The position numbers and the translations under genes are program-made. From an uncultured delta proteobacterium (GTDB lineage: Bacteria > Desulfobacterota > Binatia > UBA9968), in assembly GCA_963804165.1 (NCBI GenBank), contig CAWDPO010000017.1, forward strand, positions 224,001 through 288,000: a stretch of 64,000 bases of DNA, read 5' to 3'. Positions 58,908 to 64,000 of the stretch are shown here, piece by piece (the stretch's first letter is position 1; each line of letters opens with the position of its first letter). The notes beneath the pieces were generated by a model. The model worked only from the letters and a program-made list of their open reading frames with translations, did not search any database and had not been told where the DNA came from.

Positions 58908-60029
58908 ATGGCCATAAAATTTCGGGCGGATAACATCGGCAGTCTTCTGCGACCGGCGGAACTGTTGGCCGCGCGGGCGGCGCTACGCGAGGGTCGTATG
59001 GACGAGCATCAAGTCCGCGAGATCGAGGATCGGTCGATCCTCACGGCCCTGGACATGCAAAAATCCGCCGGTGTCCAAATTTTCACCGACGGCGAATATC
59101 GCCGAGATATTTTTACCGCCGACATCACCAAAGCCCTTGACGGGCTCGTGCCGGGGAAACCGGTGGTGAAGTTCGAATGGCACGGTAGGGGAAAAGAACT
59201 TGCCGAGGAATCCAAGGAAGGCAACTTGCAATATATCGTCGGCGGAAAATTGCGCGGAAAAGGCCGCTTCACACCGAACGAAGCGCCGTTTTTAAAAAAA
59301 CATGCGCCGGGGCCGTTCAAGGTCTGCACGCCGGCGGCGATGCAGCACGCGATTATGCGCTATCGACCCGGCGTGACGGACAAGTTTTATCCGACCGTTC
59401 ACGATATGCTGCAAGACGTGGCGGCGATCATGCGCGAGGAAGTGCAGGCGCTGATCGACGAAGGCGCGTCTTATGTACAACTGGACGCGCCATCGTATTC
59501 GAATTTCTTCGATCACAACCGCCGAGAAGTGCTGAAGCAAAGCGGCATTAACCTGGATGAAGCGCTCGATGCAGCCATCGCCGCCGATAACGCCATGATT
59601 CAAAACCTCAAACGCAAGCCCGACGCCGTTGTCGGCATCCATTTCTGCCGCGGCAACAAGCGCAGCGCCTGGGGCGCAGATGGCAGTTATGAGCCGGTCG
59701 CCGAGAAGGCCTTCGGCTCGCTCAACATGGATCGTTATCTGCTGGAATTCGACACGGACCGCGCCGGCGGCTTCGAGCCGTTGCGATTCGTACCCAAAGA
59801 CAAAACGGTGGTGCTAGGTCTGATCACGACGAAAGAGCCGAAGCTCGAATCCGAGGATGAACTCGTGCGGCGCATCGAACGAGCGGCGAAGTATGTGCCG
59901 ATGGAAAATCTCGCTCTGAGCACGCAGTGTGGCTTTGCCTCCGCGGCGTCGGGGAATTTGATCACGTGGGACGACATGAAGCGCAAGCTCTTGTTGGTCG
60001 CCAAGCTTGCTGGCAGGGTGTGGGGATGA
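58908..60029 (+). CDS. MetE C-terminal-like family protein
   Basis: RADNIGSLLRP, HFCRGN, LEFD, STQCGFAS; close paralog of 53661. Confidence 0.92.
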   Translation: MAIKFRADNIGSLLRPAELLAARAALREGRMDEHQVREIEDRSILTALDMQKSAGVQIFTDGEYRRDIFTADITKALDGLVPGKPVVKFEWHGRGKELAEESKEGNLQYIVGGKLRGKGRFTPNEAPFLKKHAPGPFKVCTPAAMQHAIMRYRPGVTDKFYPTVHDMLQDVAAIMREEVQALIDEGASYVQLDAPSYSNFFDHNRREVLKQSGINLDEALDAAIAADNAMIQNLKRKPDAVVGIHFCRGNKRSAWGADGSYEPVAEKAFGSLNMDRYLLEFDTDRAGGFEPLRFVPKDKTVVLGLITTKEPKLESEDELVRRIERAAKYVPMENLALSTQCGFASAASGNLITWDDMKRKLLLVAKLAGRVWG

Positions 60030-60093
60030 CTTAACTCGTTCAAACGTTCAAGGTTCAACGGGTCGCCCAGTTCAAATCGTTCAAGCCGTTCAA

Positions 60094-60256
60094 TTCCTTC
60101 ACCTCGAGGTTTCATTGTAATGTCATCCTGAGGCGACAGCCGAAGGATCTCGTCTTCGCAAGTCACTGAGAATGCGAGCTGCTTCGCTGTGTTCAGGATG
60201 ACACACCAGGTTTTTTTTTGGCGACACAGCCACCTAGCCGAGGGGATGAAGGAGGT
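60094..60256. repeat. nested composite repeat (family A arm > TIR-like ends > family C doublet 60121-60203)
   Basis: Reverse-orientation homolog of 9430-9596, including the spacer GATCTCGTCTTCGYAAG. Confidence 0.6.
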
Positions 60257-60411
60257 TTATAGTGAGAGCTCGCTCTCCTTTCGGCCGTGCATCGCCTTAC
60301 TAGCTTATTTCGACGTTCACGAATCGCTGGACAACGCGCTGTGTTCCGGTTTAAAAAAGAATACTTGATGCGCCTCTGGCGCATGAGATTTTCGAGTTGG
60401 GAGGGAACTAG

Positions 60412-62634
60412 ATGACGCAGGTCGTTGGCAAACCGACACCGAGGGTCGAGGGCGTGCTTAAGGTCACGGGTAAAGCGCTCTACAGCGCGGATTTGCAATT
60501 ACCCGATTCTTTATGGGGCAGATGCTTGCGCAGTCCGATTCCATACGGACGAATCAAGCGCATCGATACCGGCAAAGCTTGGCAAGTGCCGGGAGTAAAA
60601 ACGGTGATCACGGGTCAGGACGTGACCGGCTTACGCATCGGGCGCTGTATCTACGATACTCCAGTGCTGGCGGATGGCGTGGTTCGGTTCATCGGTGAAA
60701 AGGTTGCTGCCGTGGCCGCGGAAACGAGACTCGCCGCAGAGCAGGCCCTCGAATTGATCGAAGTGGAATATGAAGAGCTGGAACCGCTGCTCGATCCTGT
60801 AGAGGCGGCAAAGCCGGGCGCGCCGGTGCTCCACCCTGATTTACTTTCTTACAAAGGTCTGCCGGTTCCCCTGGAAAACGTCAGCAACGTCGTTGCCTAT
60901 TTGAAGTGGGGCAAGGGGAATCTCGAAGAAGGCTTCAAGCAGGCCGACGTGACCGTCGAGAATACGTTCACCACCCAGGTGACGCATCAATCCTATCTCG
61001 AACCCCACGCTTGCGTGGTCAAGGCCGAGGCGTCGGGCGGCGCAGAGGTGTGGTCATGCAGCAAGACACCGTTCGCGGTGCGCGGCCAGCTGTCGAACTG
61101 CATTGGCGTGGCGAAAGAAAAACTAATCTTCCATCCGACACACATCGGCGGCGACTTCGGCGGCAAGGGCGGCTTCATGGATGTTCCCGTGGCGTACTTT
61201 CTGTCGAAGAAAAGCGGGCAAGCGGTCAAGATGGTGATGGATTACACGGAGGAATTGACTGCGGGCAATCCGCGCCACGCCTCGATTATCAAGATCAAGA
61301 CCGGCGTCAAGAAAAACGGGACGATCGTCGCGCATCACATCGAGTTTATGTTCGACAGCGGCGCTTACGCGTCGATGAAGCCGGCAGGTTATCTGATCGG
61401 CGCATCGACTTGCGCCGGGCCGTACAAGATCGCCAACTGTCTGATCGAAGAACGGATGGTTTACACCAACAAAATTCCCTGCGGCCATATGCGGGCGCCC
61501 GGCGACCCGCAGGGGTTTTTCGCCAACGAAAGTCAGCTCGATATCGTCGCGCGCAAGCTCGGCATGGATCCGGCGGAGTTCAAACGCCGAAACATGCTGC
61601 GCGACGGCGACGAAACGCCGATCGGCGGCCATATTTCGCACATCCGAGGCCAAGAAGCGCTGGAAAAAGCGATTCAACTTGCGGGCTACGGAAAACCGAA
61701 GCCCAAAAATGTCGGCCGCGGTCTATCCTTTTCCGAGTGGAGCCCGAGTGGCGGCGAAGGCAACGTTTTCGTGACGATCGAGGACGACGGCAAGGTTAAA
61801 GTGATTACGCCGGTCGTCGACCAGGGTGCCGGAGTGCTCACGGTGATCGTCGAAGTGGTGGGCGAGGAATTACAAGTTCCGGCCGATGAGATCGAGTTAA
61901 AGCAAGCGGACAGCACGATCGTGCCGAGCGACGGCGGTGTCGGCGGCAGCCGCGCGACGCGAGTTTACGGCAACGCTTCATACGAAGCGGGTATTAAGGC
62001 GCGAGAAGAGCTGTTCGCCTTTGCGGCGCAGGCCTTGGAAGTCGATCCCAAGGAACTGGATCTCGATCGGGGAATGATTCTGCACAAGAGTTCGAAGCGC
62101 AAAATGAGCTTCGCCGAAGTCGTGAAATTCAAAGGCGCGCCGATCTACGTGCGCGGGTATTACAAGAGTACGGAAAAATCCCACGACGCTTCCGTGTCGG
62201 CGCAAATCGCCGAGGTGCACGTCGACCAGGAGACCGGCAAGGTCACTTTGCGCAACATGGTCTCGGCGCACACAACGGGCAAAGTCATCAATCCCCTGAT
62301 GCATCAAGGACAGATAGAAGGCGGGGTCGTATTCGGTCTCGGTTATGCGCTCACTGAAGAAGTGATGTTCGATGGCGCCAAGATCACGACGACGAACTTC
62401 GGCGAATTCAAGATTCCCAACATTACGGACATCCCGCCGCTTAAAACTAACGTCATGGAAAACGTGCCGGCGGGCCCCGGACCGTACAATAGCCTGGCGA
62501 TCGGCGAGGTCGCCAACACGCCGACCGCAGCGGCAGTCGCAAACGCGGTGGCCGATGCTTGCGGGGTGCGCATTATGGATTTACCCGTAACGTCGGAGAA
62601 GGTGTATAGGGCGCTGAAGGCGCGAGGTGCGTGA
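60412..62634 (+). CDS. xanthine dehydrogenase family molybdopterin-binding subunit
   Basis: KVTGKALY, VRFIGE, IGGDFGGK, HMRAPG, DQGAG, GQIEGG, AIGE. Confidence 0.93.
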   Translation: MTQVVGKPTPRVEGVLKVTGKALYSADLQLPDSLWGRCLRSPIPYGRIKRIDTGKAWQVPGVKTVITGQDVTGLRIGRCIYDTPVLADGVVRFIGEKVAAVAAETRLAAEQALELIEVEYEELEPLLDPVEAAKPGAPVLHPDLLSYKGLPVPLENVSNVVAYLKWGKGNLEEGFKQADVTVENTFTTQVTHQSYLEPHACVVKAEASGGAEVWSCSKTPFAVRGQLSNCIGVAKEKLIFHPTHIGGDFGGKGGFMDVPVAYFLSKKSGQAVKMVMDYTEELTAGNPRHASIIKIKTGVKKNGTIVAHHIEFMFDSGAYASMKPAGYLIGASTCAGPYKIANCLIEERMVYTNKIPCGHMRAPGDPQGFFANESQLDIVARKLGMDPAEFKRRNMLRDGDETPIGGHISHIRGQEALEKAIQLAGYGKPKPKNVGRGLSFSEWSPSGGEGNVFVTIEDDGKVKVITPVVDQGAGVLTVIVEVVGEELQVPADEIELKQADSTIVPSDGGVGGSRATRVYGNASYEAGIKAREELFAFAAQALEVDPKELDLDRGMILHKSSKRKMSFAEVVKFKGAPIYVRGYYKSTEKSHDASVSAQIAEVHVDQETGKVTLRNMVSAHTTGKVINPLMHQGQIEGGVVFGLGYALTEEVMFDGAKITTTNFGEFKIPNITDIPPLKTNVMENVPAGPGPYNSLAIGEVANTPTAAAVANAVADACGVRIMDLPVTSEKVYRALKARGA

Positions 62635-62700
62635 AGAAAAGAAATGAAAGCTGGTAATGAAAGGGAACTTGTCTTGTGTTTTTCCGATGACCAATCTGAC

Positions 62701-62793
62701 CTCTTCCCCCTCGACGGGGAAAGATTGAGATGGGGGTGCGAAAGAAATCTAAGATCACCCCTTCCTTTGTCCTTCCCCGTCAAGGGGAAGGAA
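62701..62793. repeat. family A REP doublet (uninterrupted form)
   Basis: CTTCCCCCTCGACGGGGAAAG..GGGGGTG / CACCCC..CCTTCCCCGTCAAGGGGAAGG. Confidence 0.8.
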
Positions 62794-62872
62794 ATGATAG
62801 AAATGCCGGTCCATGATTCGGAATCAGCATACGAGCCAATGGTCTAGATTTCCGTAAAAGCAGGAGGTGCTT

Positions 62873-63949
62873 ATGCCTGAATCCTTACGATACTACATCG
62901 CTCACAACGGCGGATTAAAGATCGTCCAGCCGCAAGGTTCGTCGATGAGCACGGTCGGAGAATTTTTCGAAGGCAAAACTCTCGAGCATCTGATCGGCTG
63001 CAAGAACAATCCGGAGATCGTTTTTGCCGCGGTTGCTTTCGACGGCGGTTATCGCACCGAAGACGCCGGCAAATTCTGGACGAAAATCATGGATGGCGAC
63101 GTGCGCACCTTCACCGTCGATCCGCACGATGAGCGCGTCGTCTACATGGGCATCGGCCCGATCCGACTATTTCGCAGCGAGGATACTGGTAAAACCTGGG
63201 AACCGTTGGATGGCATGCTCGCTATTCCAGACGAAGCAAAAAAGAAATGGGACGTGCCGCCGCGTCTGCGCGGTGTCGAGTTTCCTCACGTGCGCCATAT
63301 TTTTATTCATCCGGATAATCCGAATCTCATCTTTGTCCTGCTTGAGCATGGCGGTGTACTGTTGAGCAGGGATCGCGGCAAAACTTGGTACGACCGGAGC
63401 ATTGGAATCAATTACGTCGACATGCACTACATCGAAAACTATCCGGGTAGCAAGGAGCGTTATTACGTTTCATCGGCGCGCGGTTTTTACCGCAGCGACA
63501 ATGCCGGCGAGCACTGGCGCCGCGTGGAGAACGGCATGCCGTGGAGCTATACGGAATTACACAGCTACTCGCACGAATGGCACTTCCTGCCCGGTGACAC
63601 ACCGCGCATGGTGCTCTGCGGCGGCAAAGGCTCGCCGGGAGTGTGGAGCAGAGAAAAAATACATCCTCATGGCTGTATCCTGCTCAGTGACGACGGTGGG
63701 GAAAACTGGCGCGTCTCGACGCAAGGATTGGAAAAAGAAAATCCCTGGATGCCGTGGGTGCTGGTGCATCATCCTACCGATCCGAAAGCGCTCTTCTGCG
63801 GTATGGGCGATGGGTCGCGCGGCTACGGTTTCGAAGCTCGCATCAAAGGCAAAGGCGCATTTTACACAAGCCGCGATCGTGGCGACTCGTGGGCACCCGT
63901 GATGACGGATACGCCCTCGATTCTAACCGCGTGGGTGGCACCGAACTAG
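62873..63949 (+). CDS. BNR/Asp-box repeat beta-propeller protein
   Basis: AGGAGG RBS; repeated S/T-x-D-x-G-x-x-W boxes (TEDAGKFW, SEDTGKTW, SRDRGKTW, SDNAGEHW, SDDGGENW, SRDRGDSW); no signal peptide. Confidence 0.85.
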   Translation: MPESLRYYIAHNGGLKIVQPQGSSMSTVGEFFEGKTLEHLIGCKNNPEIVFAAVAFDGGYRTEDAGKFWTKIMDGDVRTFTVDPHDERVVYMGIGPIRLFRSEDTGKTWEPLDGMLAIPDEAKKKWDVPPRLRGVEFPHVRHIFIHPDNPNLIFVLLEHGGVLLSRDRGKTWYDRSIGINYVDMHYIENYPGSKERYYVSSARGFYRSDNAGEHWRRVENGMPWSYTELHSYSHEWHFLPGDTPRMVLCGGKGSPGVWSREKIHPHGCILLSDDGGENWRVSTQGLEKENPWMPWVLVHHPTDPKALFCGMGDGSRGYGFEARIKGKGAFYTSRDRGDSWAPVMTDTPSILTAWVAPN

Positions 63950-64000
63950 GAATGTAGCCGCAAAGAACGCAAAGAGCACAAAGGGTTTCACAAACGCTGC

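Noticed and set aside
30471-60093. CRISPR array suggested by periodic GTTCCA/GTTCAA repeats
   Set aside because: Period is 7-9 nt with no unique spacers and no cas genes
60225-60411. Moco/Wco riboswitch upstream of the XDH-type gene
   Set aside because: The GAAGGAG..CTCCTTTC hairpin is partly explained by the decayed family-A arm, and I could not match the Moco motif; an Rfam scan would settle it

Overview
A GC-rich bacterial chromosome segment with no rRNA, tRNA or CRISPR array that I can see. The gene repertoire resembles Candidatus Binatia/Binatota genomes, which is an inference from paralog content only. It carries 15 periplasmic solute-binding proteins (9 NMT1/SsuA-type, 2 Fe/polyamine-type, 4 TctC/Bug) with no ABC permease, ATPase or TctA/B. 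It also has 5 amidohydrolases, 4 cobalamin-independent MetE-C-terminal-like Zn enzymes, 2 molybdoenzyme catalytic subunits, UbiD, a cupin, a heme-oxygenase-like diiron protein, class I fumarase and assorted small genes. Mobile DNA includes two nearly identical IS630 copies, one of which splits a signal peptide and supplies a replacement in-frame start, and a solitary integron-like cassette with an attC fold and a possible attI/Pc remnant (189-1129). A rich set of small intergenic repeats nest inside each other, including a 24-bp micro-element showing compensatory base changes and an empty/filled site pair within the window. About eight genes contain small frameshifts, mostly +1 insertions, which look like long-read assembly errors. 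Family calls come from motif recognition by eye; no database searches were run.
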